The notes: generated from the sequence alone by a model not told the origin. DNA of 64,000 nucleotides from Paraglomus brasilianum (GCA_910592345.1 CAJVPI010000040.1:1-64000); one strand, 5' to 3'; positions 10,471 to 25,676 are shown, counted from the stretch's first letter. Numbers and translations are program-made.

Positions 10471-12219
10471 ATGCAAACCCACTCGCAAAACATCGAAACA
10501 TTACAAGACATCTTCAAGGATGCAGAGAAAAAGGACTTGCACAAAGCATTGAGACTTGCAGATAATGACATAAACCAAGCCATCGAAATTTATTTAGAGA
10601 GACGTAGGAATTACAATGCACTGAAACAAACAAAGATTACCCAGTTTATAGAAAGTGATGAGAAGGGAAAGTATAAAGTTATTGATACAGCGACCGATAC
10701 AGCGACCGATTCGACAATCGGTCAATCGCCAAAAAGACAGAAAATAATCGACGTTGCTGCTTCCTCGACGTTTAAATTCTCAACACCCATATCCGTTCAG
10801 AGTCAAGAAACTCCGTATTCGATAAATAATGCTCTCAAATGGTCACCGGGCTCAACGACTGCTCGTAAAAATCTACCTGTATTACTACTCCATGATCCAG
10901 TTGACGTTTCACACCACACGCCATGTACGTTACTGCTCAACGTTCTTCCTCAAGAACTTGCTACATCTCTTTTATTGAAATGTTTGGAAGAATCTCCATC
11001 ATGGTATAAATATGAATGGTACCTATTTGATCGGTTGGTGCAGTCAACACATACGTCAGCGTTCTACGTAAGGAAAGGAGAAGGTGATAAACGAGATGAC
11101 GAGTATTATTTTAATGGAAAGAAAATGCCCGAGCCGAGATTCTTCAGCAAAGAGATGGAGGAGGCTAGATTGATTATAATGGATGTCGTTAACAAACTGA
11201 GGGAAACGCGTCAAAAGTAAGTTGAATGACACAAGTTGAGAAAGGGATGGGGAGTAGGAACTATATCGAATGATTGTCATGGAGGGGAAAAAAAAACTGA
11301 ACATCGTGGTTTTTATGGAATGTTCAAGACATCCCTACGAAATCCAAGGACGATGGGAACCAAACGTTGCAGCAGCAAATTGTTATGCTAATTCGCGGGG
11401 TGAGCATGATGACGTGAGTTTGTTAAGTAACTTCTTTGTAACATATTACTCAATATATTTTTATAGAATGTGTGGGGTGGCACAGTGACAAGGTAACGTA
11501 CGCGTCATTTAAGGTGTTGATATTCGACAATTGCTTGAGAGACTGTTATTTATCATTCTCACTCTCAACGTACGTTCAGTTAACGTTGCTAGGTCCGCGT
11601 CCAATAATAGGGTCGTTATCCCTTGGCGCTACTCGTCAATTCAGACTTCGTCGTATAGTACCCTCTGCCAAGAATCCTGATACTGCTTCAAGGATGATCT
11701 CAATCACTTTACCTCACAATTCTTTGTTAATAATGTGGCCACCGTGTCAAGAGGTATGATGCAGAGCTGAATATATGACGTGTTTTGTGAGGAGATATAG
11801 CCAATTAATTTAAATGATCGCTGATAGGAATGGAAGCATGAAGTTTGTCCACAGGCCGTAAGCATGTTCGGATGACATGGTTTATGTATTTCAACACGTT
11901 CTTAATTTCGTTTTATTAAATCATCCAGATTTCTGTGCCTCATTCGACATCGGGTCCAACTCGAATAAACATCACCTTTCGACATTTTCGCGACGACTAC
12001 TCTATTGATAACACACCCAAGTGTGCATGTGGCCTTCCTTGTGCACTGCGACCCGTAATGAAGAAGCAAGCTAACTATGGGAGATACTTTTATATGTGTT
12101 ATGCCAATGGGGCTGAACAAGGGAAGACATGCCAACATTTTGAATGGTTAGATGTCGAGAAAAAGTATAAAGAGTGGCAAGAAAAAGAACAAAGGAAGGC
12201 AAAGAAGGAAGAAGAATGA
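10471..12219 (+). CDS. AlkB-family 2OG-Fe(II) dioxygenase with N-terminal CUE-like domain and C-terminal GRF zinc finger, multi-exon
   Basis: PNVAAANCY, GWHSDK (HxD), IGSLSLGATRQFRLR, LPHNSLLIM, EWKHEV, RINITFR. GRF finger: C-x-C...NYGRYFYMC...C-x-x-F-x-W. Confidence 0.85.
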
Positions 12220-12929
12220 CATAAGAGTATACTGTACGTACACAGCAATTACACAATGTCTGATCATTTGTCTTTTGCTGTTGTTGACTGGTCTAACACA
12301 CTCTAAAAAAGCATTTTCCTTTACTAGTGTCACTAATGTATGGGTTAATCGAGTCCGGTTTGGCCTGGGAAAAGGAAAATACAAGGTCGCTCTATTCGGA
12401 TTCACCCTTCTTGAATCAACCTGTTTCTGAGATTGTCCTGCAAAGTCGATCAGCAACGCGTTTTTAATTTTCAGTCTCGTCTTTTTCTAACTTAACCGAG
12501 GTTCCGACAACCTGTCTACATTTCTTTATAGATCCCGATAACATTGTTCCAAAGATTGCATGGAAATTCCATTGACATATGATAAGTAATAATTTAAAAG
12601 AACCTTAACTGCACTCTCCAATAAAACCTTGTTTGGGAAGCACAAGTTTTCCTGACGTTATTGTAGATTTTAGTAGATCTTTGTCTTCCTGCTGAACTTT
12701 TTATTTTTTTCCGGTTGTCCTTGATCTTCCGTCAAAGTGTTGTGACCAGATACTTTCTTGTTGTTGCTCTACATGACTACCACTAATACTAAACTATTGT
12801 CGGATTTGCTATTAACACTCTCGAGACTCGAGATCAAAAAACATAAATTATTTTTTCATCTAACGGTTCGCTTCAGCAACCTTATGTAATCGTCAACTTT
12901 CGGATACGTATGTCTCGGCGCTAATAAAC

Positions 12930-13613
12930 TTATATTTCATAGTTTCTAAATTTTTCATAAAGATCGTCAGTATCAGAGTTCTTCCAAAATGGCGCTTCCG
13001 GCTCTCTATACACCACTGTCATAGGGCTGGACGTTATGATACTCTGATTAAGACCGCCTTCCTTATCACCATGACACTCGTTATCGATTGCCAAACGCTC
13101 ACGAGGTACTCGCCAATGGACCGCCTATCAAACAAAAAAGAAAAAAACAAAACGCTGGTTGCGGAGCATTCATTTGCTATTTCTATTATCTATTTTACAG
13201 ACCTGCGCTTGTGCACCAAGACCTTTCCACATCAAATATGGGACTTTAATTGAGGAATTACGCCATTTATCATACTGCGCGCGCTCTGTTGGATCGCTTA
13301 GGATCTTGTACGCTGTTAGCAATTTGTGAAATTCTGCTGATTTGTCTTCATGGAGTTTAAGTCTATCCGGGTGACAAGTCAAAACACGTTTCTTATATTC
13401 GATCGATATTTGTTCTAGCTGTACATAGAAAATGTTATTTGATACCCTGCGAAAAAGGGCCGCTAATTCTCTAATGAAAGTGCTTTTATATCTCACCGTA
13501 CTTTCTGGAACACATCCGAGCACGGTGTACAAGTTATCATAAAAGCTTTCGTCGTCGTTATTATTTGCTTTGTAATTTCCGAGTGTATCTAATAATGAAC
13601 TATAGTCGTTCAT
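12930..13613 (-). CDS. J-domain protein, DNAJC12/JDP-like, 3 exons
   Basis: NLYTVLGC, CHPDR (HPD), AYKILSDPTERAQYDKWRNSSIKVPY, AVHW. The last exon ends KFRNYEI* (stop 12930-12932). Confidence 0.8.
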
Positions 13614-15155
13614 ACTGAGACCGTTGAATGCTGAGAGAACATGTTGAAAGTTGTGGATCTTGATCTGTGGCACTAACCCCTGAAAATATGAAGTGATCGC
13701 CTAAGGTGGCTGGTGTTTATTAACTAGCATTCTCGCGCGTCGTTAAAAATGAACAATTGAAATTGTTACAAAGTTGCATTGTGATTATAATTAATATTAA
13801 AGTAAACGTATCAAAAGAAAGTTAAATGGACGTGCCTTGTCCTTTTAACACACTAGTTTTATGTTCGTCAACTAGGCAATATTTTATTTATAAATTTTAA
13901 TTTGGCTAATTTCCGGCAAAGTATCAGTAATGTCTTTAACTTTCCAAAAAAATAACTTGAATAGAGGTAGCAATCGTGAATATAATAATAATAGTAACAT
14001 TTTTCATTCCTCAATTTTTATCACAATAATAAGTGCTATCGCGTTTTAACTGATGTTCGACACTTTCAATTTCAACATGATTCGTTATATCTCGTTGTGC
14101 GGTATGACACAATAATTGTTAAGAATGACCTCTCTCCGAAATTGTTAGTTCCAAGAGGGTGTTAAGAACATTCATAATCCAGCAATTGGCAATTTCTCCA
14201 ACGTTTGTGAATTTGTTGAGTTTGTGGACATTAACTTGGTAATATTTGGGTTATTGGTATCACTCGAGAGCAATCTACTAAAGAATATTATTTAATGCTC
14301 TACCATGACGTGCATGCAGATTTACGCGAATTCAGAAAGATGGAAAGTATATGCAGTATGCTGACTTTGAGATATCGAAAGGTTTTCATGTCAGTAAGCA
14401 ATCTTTGATATCATTTAATGGTTCAGAAACCACGCCAATTGTTCGTATCTTGGTTTCCTTAAGAATAGGTCAATTTACAACATCATCCTATTAATATTTT
14501 ACAATAATACTCTTTAGAGCGCACATTGACTCGACGTTATTTTGCTAAATTCTAAGTTACCAAAAAGGGAATTCCATATGTCCTTGTTTTGATGAAAAAC
14601 GAAACTTGTGCGCCATTTTTCAAGTTGGAAGCGCTCTAACCTCATTTAGAAATAAACCGAACAGTAATGGTGATATTAATGCTCAAAATCAATTGTGTAA
14701 GACTTTATTTCAACGTTCTACCTATTTTAGGCTAGATGGAGAAGTTGCATTGAAACTCTAGAGGGGATATGTGTGTGATGTGAGGACACTTGAGAGTTTA
14801 GGTGGGAGTATAGATCTTTCCTGTATTTGAGCACGAGTGCCAAGAGAAGAGTGAGCAATTTTAATGCCCCAAATATACAACTTCTTCGATTGGGGTTATG
14901 CAGATGTTGTACGATCAACCGACATCCAATCTGTGTTGTTGTTTCAACTCAAAATAGCATAATGTTAAATAAATCAACATCGATTTTGGTAACCCAATTA
15001 CCTATTTTAACAAACAAAATCTGATAGGGATGAGAATGAATGCAGATTCATTATTTAACGTCCAACCCACCCCTTTGACTGTCAACACTTGGCTAAATCG
15101 TGCGAATATAATTTATTTGACTTCATTTATGTTACATGATTAGTAGTCCTTATCG

Positions 15156-18100
15156 ATGAGTCAAAGTATCTCAGCCAATAAGGCACAGACCTCATCCATT
15201 GCCCAGAAATCGCCCGTAGAAGAACCGTCACTTTCTTCTACAACGTCTCCGATTACTGGTAACCCAATTCCCAACAGCAAACCTTCGGTTGGACTTCAAG
15301 GAGGAGCCGAGAGTTTATCATGGAGTCGATCAGCAAAAGTCCACGTATTAAGTCGTCAAGCCTCTTTCAGCACTCCACACAGGACAGACTCTCAGTATCT
15401 ATCTTCCTCGCTAACCAAATCATCTTCGCTAAAGGCATCAAGTAAAAGTGCCTCGACAACGAATTTAGTAGCTCATTATCCGCCCGTGTCAACTAATAAG
15501 AGTAACAATTTTCTAGCAAATGAATCGCTTTCTAGATCGAATATTATGAAATCGAGCGTAAGATCATTATCAGAGTCTGCAAAGGCACCGTCCGATGCGG
15601 CCGATCATCGTTCGCTACAGAATAATATAGCTGATGCACATTTCACGCCAACATTTGCACGTAATCCATTCAGTGACGATGACCATGAACTATTCTCTAA
15701 TAGTACATCAGTACCTTCGTTATCAACTTCGCCTAAACAACTTGGCGGATCATCGTTTCCTCCAACCACATCAACACAATCCGAGAAAGTCCAAGAACAG
15801 GCAACAAAAGAGGGAGAGAAAAGATCGAGTTGGGACTATATCGAACTTTTGGCTTTGGATAGTTTTCGTAATTGGATATTAAGTTTTTGTGTGGTCAAGT
15901 TTGACTTGGAGTTGGGACAAGCGATGGATCTAATATATCCGTCATCTGATCTGACTGAGGAGGAGAAAAGGAACGTTTGTTTTTTGGCATTTCCTGATTC
16001 GAATTGTTTTGACGAAGGAGATACAGTGTACAATTTTAGAATGAGATGCTTGCGGAACAGAGCGACTGCTTCAGGTTCGTAACGGTTAACGTGAGAGAGA
16101 ATGCTGGATTGAATTCGATGATCGGGGAGAGGGAGGAACAAAAGTGTTTTGAGGTATCTCTTGTTTACACTGTACGGTTCATAGGTCCAGAAACAGATTC
16201 TGGTTTTTTATACGGATACGTATTCTTTAGACAGAAGAGAGACCCGACTATCCGCCGTGGATATTTTCAGGTTTGCAGCAGCAATGGCTGATTTACTTGT
16301 GGATTAGTCATAGCTGGATATAACGATAACGTCCGTAAATCATGTACAAATTTCGATACTGTTTCATTACCAAACTATCTTTATTGGAAGGGAAGATGTA
16401 TGCAAATAGGGTTTGGAATCTTGTCGTTTAGAAGACCTTTAATATGTATCGTGTAACCAGCTGCCAGCTTCGACGGCATTCAAGAATGAGAATACTCGAA
16501 CTAACTTTCAATGTTTAAATTGATCATTAGAAATCCCTGGTATTTTTATCGCCATATCCATATGTCGGTTTATTCTCAAGCCTCGTATCAATATTGGGTC
16601 CCGCGTACTTTGAAATGGGAAAGCCTATGCTTGAGGCAGCTTGTCATAATGTGGCTAGCTGGTTTGTTATTCTTATTAATACTGCTTTATATTCAAGTCA
16701 GATTTAGCAAACCCATGTTCACAGATATCTTTATTACAGGAAACCCCCATCTCCAGGCAAAACATTTGAACTGCCGTTTCTTGGTAACGTTCTTCATGTT
16801 GAGATACCACAGAAAAATAAACCCCAATTGCTCGAGACTAGCCCATTCGATATGGCCAACTATAGACAAGAAACGCAGATTCTCGCGTCGTTGCCTCCGA
16901 AAACTTTATTCTCTCATTTTCGAGATATGATCAAAGACTTGTGGCTGTGTTGGGAGCTGATGGTACTTGCCGAGCCTTTGGCGTTAATGGCTCCTGATCC
17001 GAAGATATGTAGCGAGGCTGTTGTTGAACTGGTTGATCTTATTAATCCAGTGAGTTGGTTGGGGAAAGAGCAGCAGACTTGGGTACAAGTATAATTTACT
17101 AATTGGCTATATAACTATAATCAAATAGATACCGTACTGCGGAGACTATCGTCCATATTTCACAATACATGATACAGATTTCAAGTCATTTGTTACAAAG
17201 AACAAAGTAAACATTTATCTTGCGTTTTTTTTCCTGAGATTATGTTTTTTAGAAAATGATTTACTTGTTCGCCTTGCAGCTAATACCCATTATTGTATCA
17301 TAGCCACCATCAAATATAATACTTGGAGTAACTAATCCATTTTTTAATAAAGCCATGCAGCACTGGCCCAACATAATAAGAGTTGGTAAACCAAAGTTAA
17401 GGTAAGCGTTTTTGGTATAAATAAAAAATAATGATGTAAGAGCAAATGGTTTATTCTAAACTTTTATCAGACGCGCGACGGAAACATCCTGGAGATATAT
17501 CAACAATCCATCTTCGCTAGACTTTGTACAGGTAATAACAATGGTCATATCTGTTAGCATTTAATTGAGCGATCTTTGAAATTTATATTTGTTCGTGTAT
17601 CGCACCCAGGGAGTAACATCAAAGCGTAAACCGGTGATTGCCAAGGATAAGTCGGTATTGAAACTAACAGCAGCCGCCATAGCAAAGGGTTATCCACCAG
17701 GTAGAGTAATACTACAACCAAAATGCGAGATCGTTGACGTATTATAATTCTAATTGTGTCTATCTGATGGCAGACTATCTTGTGAACAATACCTTGAGGC
17801 GTTACTTTGTTGATTTGACTGAGAAATTCTTGGTGCCATTGAATCGCTACTTTTCAACATTAATACCTGTAAACGTGTATGTTGGAAATCCATGTTTTTT
17901 TTGAAATTTTTGATTTTTTTCCCCCCTGCAACCTAAATAACGCTGTTTACCATACAAATCAAGGTCGCTTTCATCATCACGTGAACCGCCTCAACTAAAG
18001 CCATTTAAAACTGACTGTTTCCTCAAGTCATTGCAAGATCATGGTACTGATTTCTTTCTCCTTTACGTCACAACTGTTGATAATTGAGGATTATCGTTAA

Positions 18101-18661
18101 CAATCTGGGATGGACATGATCATCTTGGTCACTATCACCATCTTCTTCAAAAAGGATCACAGATTCCGTTTAAATCCAAGATTTCGGCAACTTCGACCGA
18201 GGTATACGTAAATTTTTACCAACAATTCCTAAAATGCGGTAATTTTGCAACCTGGTTGCATCAACGTACAATCGAAGCACAGAGTGAACTACGCAGAAGA
18301 TACTTGCAAGTATTGTGTGAAGATGACGTGCGTAAATGGATGTTTGGCAAGGATGAAGTAGAACTAATAGATTTATTGGTTCGTATCAAGGACGAGCTGG
18401 TCAGTGTATAATGCTTTGTCATATCTTGCATGCGCGTATGTTCAGGAGCTGTTGCATTCATTTACACTATATTTTTCGCAATAGAAAACACCAATGCAGA
18501 CAACTGATGCTGGACAGCAAATATCAACACGATCTGCTGATATAACAGACAATTCGTTGTTGACAGCCAAGCAAAGAGACAAGCTGAAAGTACAGGCTCG
18601 CATTCTAGTCTCTGGTTTGCCTAAAGATCTGAGGGATTCATTAGCAGTAAATTTCCTTTGA
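15156..18661 (+). CDS. DENND6 (AVL9/DENND6) Rab GEF-like protein, multi-exon
   Basis: [80 protein letters not shown]. Confidence 0.88.
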
Positions 18662-19017
18662 TTATGTGTTACTAATGCAGGCGGTGGGAACACAAGACAA
18701 TTTTTATTGGGGTGGGAATTTTGAAAGTTGTCAAGACTTTGGGGTATTATTTATTTTAAATAGAATAATGATAAATAATGATAATACAATTAATACGATT
18801 AATAATCATAATATTTACTACTATTATTGGTGCAAAGCGCGTAACTGACCCATGTGCAGTCGTCTTTTCTCCCATTGATCGAACTGGTTGCTCATATCCA
18901 AATGTGGAATACTCGAAAAAAAAAAAATGTACGTTTTTTTCCAAACTACTAACTGGACCCTGAAAACCTGACTTTACTTTTTGGTCTTTTCATTCTATAC
19001 ATATCGTTTCAATAAAA

Positions 19018-21471
19018 ATGTGCGGAATAATAGCTACACTTCTCGCTGATCATATGGCTTCGGCTAGTTATGAAATTCTCGAAGGATTACATCTTTTGCA
19101 GCATAGGGGACAGGTGATATTACTTATCTATTCGCTTCTTAATGTCCGCTCTTCAGCATAGCGTCTACCCGAGTAATAGTAATATATGTCCCTCCCTGTA
19201 TTCGTTACAAAAATGCTTATGATTCGTTTGTATGCATCATCTTGATAGGATGCGGCTGGTATTGTAACATGTGGACATAAGGGTAGAATGTATCAACGTA
19301 AGAGCAATGGAATGGTTCGTGATGTGATCGAACAAGAACATATGGAATATCTCGTTGGTCCTATCGGTATTGGTCATGGTACGTAGTCCTTTTTTGCTGT
19401 TTATCCATTATATAATCATACTGTAATACTTTACTCTTGGTGTATAGTTCGATACCCAACAGCCGGGTCATCATCTCACTCTGAAGCGCAGCCGTTCTAC
19501 GTCAATAGTCCATACGGAATAGCCCTTGCTCACGTAAGTGTGTTACGCTCTATGAAGAGATATCTTACTGTGGGCGATATTTAATCAATAATGTTCATAT
19601 AATTAGAATGGTAATCTCGTGAACGCGGAAGCGCTAAAGGTCTTTCTGGATAAGGAAGCACATCGTCACATCAACACTGATTCGGATTCGGAGATATTAT
19701 TGAATATATTTGCGAACAATCTCCAGCAGACCGGCAAAGTCAGGTAACTGTAGGTCATCCGACAAAGGCAATAATCATCACATAAGAATAGTAATACTTG
19801 CAATATATAATATAGTTATTACCGTTAACTGCTCTAACATTACCGTTAACTGTTCTAACATTACCGTTAATTTGTTGCCCTTTACAGAATCAACGAACAA
19901 GACATATTCACAGCAATAAAAGGCCTGAACAGCCAGTGTGTTGGGGGATATGCGTGCGTTGTCATGATAGCTGGTACGAATTTGTTCCCCTCCTTCCATC
20001 TTTTAACCCTCGATTCGTCCGCTTTCCATTCCTTCCACATTCGTGTCAATTTGACTTTGAATTGCGCGAAGGTTTCGGTATCATTGGGCTGCGTGACCCC
20101 TACGGCATCCGACCTATCTGCTTTGGAAAGAGAAAAAGCCCCAAAGGATGGGATTACATGATTGCCTCTGAGAGTGTTGCTTTGTCTGCCAACGGATTCA
20201 CCGATATTGAAGACATCAAACCGGGTAAAGATACTGTAATATACTGTATGTCCGTTTTATAATACATAATATCTTATACATACTATCTTACTACTATATA
20301 GGCGAAGCCGTGATTATCACGAAGCAAGCAGTTAGTCGAGAACAAGTAACGCCTATAATAGAATACGCGCCATGTATATTCGAGTTCGTATACTTTGCAC
20401 GTCCTGACTCTGTAATCGACGGCATCTCTGTGTATCGATCACGTCTGGCGATGGGGGAATATCTGGCCGAAGAAGTCAAAAGAAAATTCAATGGTAATAT
20501 GGACATTGAAGTAGTTATTCCAGTGCGTATTATACAAATACTTAAATACAGTGGCATTAGTAATGGTACATATTTAGATCAAAGAATTCTAACAGTGTTG
20601 ATGAACAGGTGCCGGATACAAGCCGTGTAGCTGCCCTTCAGGTTGCTCATAAGCTACAAATCGTTTATCGTGAAGGGTTCGTTAAGAATCGTTATGTTGG
20701 ACGCACGTTCATAATGCCTGGACAGCAGATGAGAAAGAAGAGCGTGCGGAGGAAATTGAATGCTATGGCTTTAGAATTCGCGAACAAGAATGTCCTACTT
20801 GTTGATGGTGTGAAACTTGTTATCAATATTGATATCTCCTGCTAAGGAGCTGTATACTTATCAAATATATATTTCCTACATAGATTCAATCGTTAGAGGA
20901 ACCACTTCTAAGGAGATTGTTCAAATGGCAAGAGATGCAGGCGCCAAGAAGGTGTATTTTGCCTCATGCTCACCCGCCATCAGGTACAGCAAATTCGGGG
21001 TAATTATGCGAATGATAAGATATTAATACATTGGTTGCATATAGATATCCCAATGTATATGGTATTGATATGCCATCACGCCAAGAACTTGTTGCATTTG
21101 ACAAGAGCGATGAGGAAATTGCACAAGCGATTGGTGCAGATGAAGTAATATTTCAGGCGAGTCGATTTTAACAATTTATCTTCGTATTAACGCCACTTAT
21201 TTATCATGTTCTCTAATACCCTTGTTTATTCCTTTTACTATATTTACAGAAACTTGGAGATCTAATAGCTTCCTGTAGCCAACTTAATCTGGACATCAAA
21301 ACTTTTGACTGTTCAGTGTTTGACGGAGAATATATAACTGGTTCTGTCACTGCAGAATATCTTGAAAATTTGGAACGTGCAAGAAATGATAAAGCAAAGG
21401 GTATCAGGGGAATGCAAGATTCTCTCGAGACAATAGGATTGCACAACGCCTGTAATGGATGTATAAAATAA
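19018..21471 (+). CDS. ADE4: Amidophosphoribosyltransferase, multi-exon
   Basis: MCGII start, [83 protein letters not shown]. Confidence 0.95.
19819..19870 (+). repeat. 21-bp tandem repeat (about 2.5 copies) inside an ADE4 intron
   Basis: TTACCGTTAACTGyTCTAACA twice, plus a partial copy. Confidence 0.85.
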
Positions 21472-22144
21472 AAATACCGAGTGGAGATCGTAAGAGAGAA
21501 TTATGGAATCCCGCTTCCTCTCAAAAATCAAAATACGCTTGATTTCCCTTCACTACTAAGGGAAGAGTTATAATATCAGTAACAAGAGGAATGGATTTCC
21601 CGCCCCCCTTGTGTGTAGATGAGAACGAGTCAAAATGTTAATAACAATAAACCGATAACAGATTGTCATCATCCTTGTTAATAAAAAGTCATTATCTTTC
21701 TCACCCAGATTTTTATGCATGCAAGACAAAAGACGGAATTATGAGTTTATGAGTTGATAGCACCCGAATTACGTTTAAGACTAACCTTCCAGAAAGTAGA
21801 GTTTTCTTTGTTTCTTTCTCTACAAGCTCAACATGCATTCATGAGTATAAGACTCTCCTTCGAAAAGTTTGATTGGTTCCTCACAAGCATGTGCAGCACA
21901 TGTAAGGATTTTAATCTATCAAGGATCGGATATGACACAATTTCGAATCATTGTTATTATTATCCGTAGTCAAAGTACAATACCCGATCGCGACATATTT
22001 ATCAAACATATGTTAATCAGGCACATGTACAAATTCCCACGACTACAATACTGCAATTGGTAGATGCTACATCGAGATTAAGGGGTGAGACAAGGTGAAA
22101 ATGAATAACCTTGATTATGACATGCAGAATAGCATCATCCACAA

Positions 22145-23170
22145 TGGTGTGCAAAAATGACAAAATGTTTCACCCCAGTTTGTGTATATGCCCAATTTTG
22201 GACCAAATCGCGTCGTGTAAAATTGTGCTATCATTTTACGTGCTTTATAATTTTAATTGCTCTTCAACTATTGTTTTTATTTCGTTGTGAAATGGCTCCA
22301 TCTAAGCAAGAAGACCAACGCCAAATGATATTACAATCCTGGAAGCAGGGAACACGCAATGCTTCTGAAATCCACTCTCTGACAAAGATTCCACTCTAAA
22401 ATATATACCGTAATCTCAAAAAGCTTGATAAAACTGGGAATGGTCGCCATAAAATAATAACGGCTGACGCTTCTCGAGCAATCGGCCAATATATTCGAAG
22501 AACTCCCATACTTTCTGCAAAAGAAATTACGATAAGTTGAAAACATTGGAATAGAGTCTCACGCTGAGCATGGGTATCGAAATGCACTCCCTCTTAATAC
22601 TCCGATGCTCACATCGGATCATATTGAATAGGCCAAAAAGTATATAAACGACAATTGGAATAAGACCTGATTTAGTGATGAGACTTCTTTCCAACTGTTT
22701 CGCAACACAATAAAACAATGGTATAAGGATGTGAGACCAATTTGTGGCTAATTCCGAAGGTCCTTCGCATGGGGTGAATTTTGCGTAAAAGGTGGATGCT
22801 GAGATATAAAAATGCATCTACCAGAGGTAAGGAGCATCCTGAAAGGCAATGGCGACTAAGCATACTAGTCGCATTGCTAAGGAAAAATGTTCCTATTACT
22901 ATGGTTATGGACGGCCCTCTATTGAAGAGAAATGTGGAAAAACGTAAACCTAAAAATCTCAGTGAATTGGAGAAAATTTTGGAATAATACCCCAGATAGC
23001 CTTCTAATCAGTTTGGTAAATTCAATGAAACAACGTCGTAGAGAGAAGGGGTGAACGAATATCATATTAATTCATAGTACTAAAATCTACTTCAAAATGA
23101 CATATTGTACGTATCTATTATTTTGCTCGTTGTAAAGCCAGAGCAGTTTAAACAATTGTCATTTTTTTTC
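22145..23170 (+). mobile_element. Degenerate, internally deleted Tc1/mariner (IS630-like) transposon
   Basis: HTH-like start MAPSKQEDQRQMILQSWKQG..IPL*NIYRNLKKL at 22292, NWNKT*FSDETSFQLF, KRNVEKRKPKNLSELE, and end ERISY* near 23070. Imperfect TIRs AAAAATGACAAAATGTTT (about 22153) and AAACAATTGTCATTTTT (about 23150). Confidence 0.75.
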
Positions 23171-24522
23171 CCAAGTTACTTTTTGATCAATGAATTTGCA
23201 GTTTTCAGATCGCGCAACATCAGAAAAACGCAAGCTTACCGTCATTACTGCCTAACTCTTTAACTGTATTACCCACAATGTATAGGCAGCCAAGCAAATG
23301 AGAAAATTGCTTTTTCTATTTGTTTATTGCAATTCATATACACGGCGCGTATATCGCAATTCTGTTATATTCGGTTTACCGTATGATTTACGCGTTACCA
23401 TACAAAAAACGCAAATGCAATCACCAAATGTTCTATCGATGAACGTAGAGGTTGAGACAGATAACTTGATAAGTGCTTTTATGCGGCTCCTATAAAACAT
23501 CGCTTTTTCCAACCTACAAAACATTTGCCGCCCGTACATGTGAGTCGTTCGTTTTGCGTTGCACCACAACAATTCTAATCGTTCTTTTAGACACAGTCGT
23601 TGGGAGATCTCGAGGGCAGAAACAATCTAAATGTACAGAATGGTCGATCGGTAGGGCCAAGTATTTGAATCAAGACGAGATGATACGATAATAGGCATCT
23701 TGTAAAAAATATATATATCGCTATAAAGATATTCATTCCCGTTGTATTGACAGGCCAATCCTCGATTATAAATAAAGGGGAGGGGGTCATTTGTCTTGCC
23801 ATATGGTCCACAAGAAATGTCTCTTACGAAATTATCTAGTCCTTCTCTGTAGAGCGAGGGAATGCTGACTTACTTCGTAATTCACGTGATATGTAACGAA
23901 TCAAGTTTTTTTATCGCGAACTATGCATGGAGTAATTTGTTGATACAATATACTTCTTGTCTGTAGTAAGTATTCAGGTAACATCATACTTACAATTTAA
24001 TGAAGGTCGAGATGATCATGACAAATTTTTCTTGAGGATGTCCGTGTCGTTTCCTCGCAGTTCCCGAGTTTCTCTAGCTAAATTTCACGATTGGACTGTC
24101 AGGTACAGTTTATCGAATTCAGATTTCCATTGTCAAAAAACATTTTCCACTACTGTGGTTGACGTATTGATTTATTACAATATTTCTAATATACTTGTCA
24201 TATCAATATATTAAATGTAGAGAATGTCATTGTTTTAGTTGAAGAAGTTCATTATTCGTTTGACTATACCATAACTTGCGATAATCACCTAAGGAAAATC
24301 CCGACGTTATAGCTATTGTCAATTAAAAGAACGGGTAAAGCAGTAACAATCGCTGCAATCCATGCAGTTGAAATCGCTGACATATGTTTTCTTTCGGCTT
24401 CTCGATTATTTTCACGTCCCAATATTTTTACTCTAAAACGAGAAAGTGACTAGTCGGTGAAACCGAAATGCAAATCCAGGAATGAACCGACAATCTTCAC
24501 TTACATTCGCTCGTAGTCGTGC

Positions 24523-25197
24523 TTAATACAGATCAGTTTCGGTAAAATCAACACTGAACCCTCGATCATGTAACATTTTATTTTTTAGCTTGTCTCGCTT
24601 CTGTCGGTCTTCAATTTCTTCTCGCTGCTCGGCCAGTATCTCGTCTATTGGTTTTTCTCGCAACGGTAGAATATCTTCTTTATCGAGATCCTTTCAAAGA
24701 CAAATGTACGTAAAAGAAATGCAATTGGTATAACAGTCCAACGCACAGTAACAGAATAAACGCTTATTCACAGCAATATCTCCCATACGATTTCACCAAG
24801 CAAAACAACATTCTCGCCACGTATTATGAATATTCCTCTGGGAATATCTCCATACGCATCACCCACGTATATCCGCTCGACTGTATCCTGTAATACCAAA
24901 TTTGCTATATCAAACTCAGGATATTAAAACTCTCATATAGTTATTCGGGTCATTTGACACTCTCGAACTTCTTCCTAGCCAACATACCAAATTGATCAAA
25001 AGACCTCAATACTCCTATAAGTTTTCTGCCATCTCGAAGAACAACTAATAACTTTTCTTATCAATAATCACGCAATAAACGAAACTCAATTAGATCTAGT
25101 CTTGATACCGGGTAATACATTTTGATTACTCACTATCAACGCTATCAACCAAACTAGCCGACGTTGTGAATATTTGTCCAGGAATAAAACCATCCAT
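24523..25197 (-). CDS. LSM1: Sm-like protein Lsm1, 4 exons
   Basis: [74 protein letters not shown], ending ETDLY*. Confidence 0.93.
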
Positions 25198-25676
25198 GAA
25201 GGAAGTCGTCAGAGATTTGGTTTCCCGAGTTTTCGGTTTAGGTAGGTTTGTACTAGGTGTGATGATCTTTGTGCGATGATGGGCACGCAAAAATTTGATC
25301 GCATGCACGTAGTAATAAATTGAAGCTTTAAATTCTCATCATGGAGCTGTTGCAAGTAAATGAGTATTATGTACATTTTATTTGCAAAATGATTTAAATA
25401 AAAAGGCTGGCAGCTATAAAATACAAGGATGTTGATTACTTATAATGCGCTATGGCACAAAATTTTAACATTGATCCAGACCAAAAAACAGAAACGACAT
25501 TGCAATGAGGGAACGGATAAAGAACAATGTATGAATATTTACAGCGGTTCAAACGCAAAAAAGAAAGGCATTAAGATATCGTTATCAATAGGATATTCCA
25601 AAGTCGCCCGAGGGTAGATTACAGAGTAGACTTGTAAAGCTGTTGCCATCATTGCCGCGGCAAGATGTCAATTTTA

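Noticed and set aside
12330..12800. Coding-like minus-strand fragments between the AlkB and J-domain genes
   Set aside because: There are stops in all frames and no family could be recognised.
14050..14950. Possible F-box/LRR pseudogene
   Set aside because: Only vague Leu-rich fragments with many stops, so it is not supportable.
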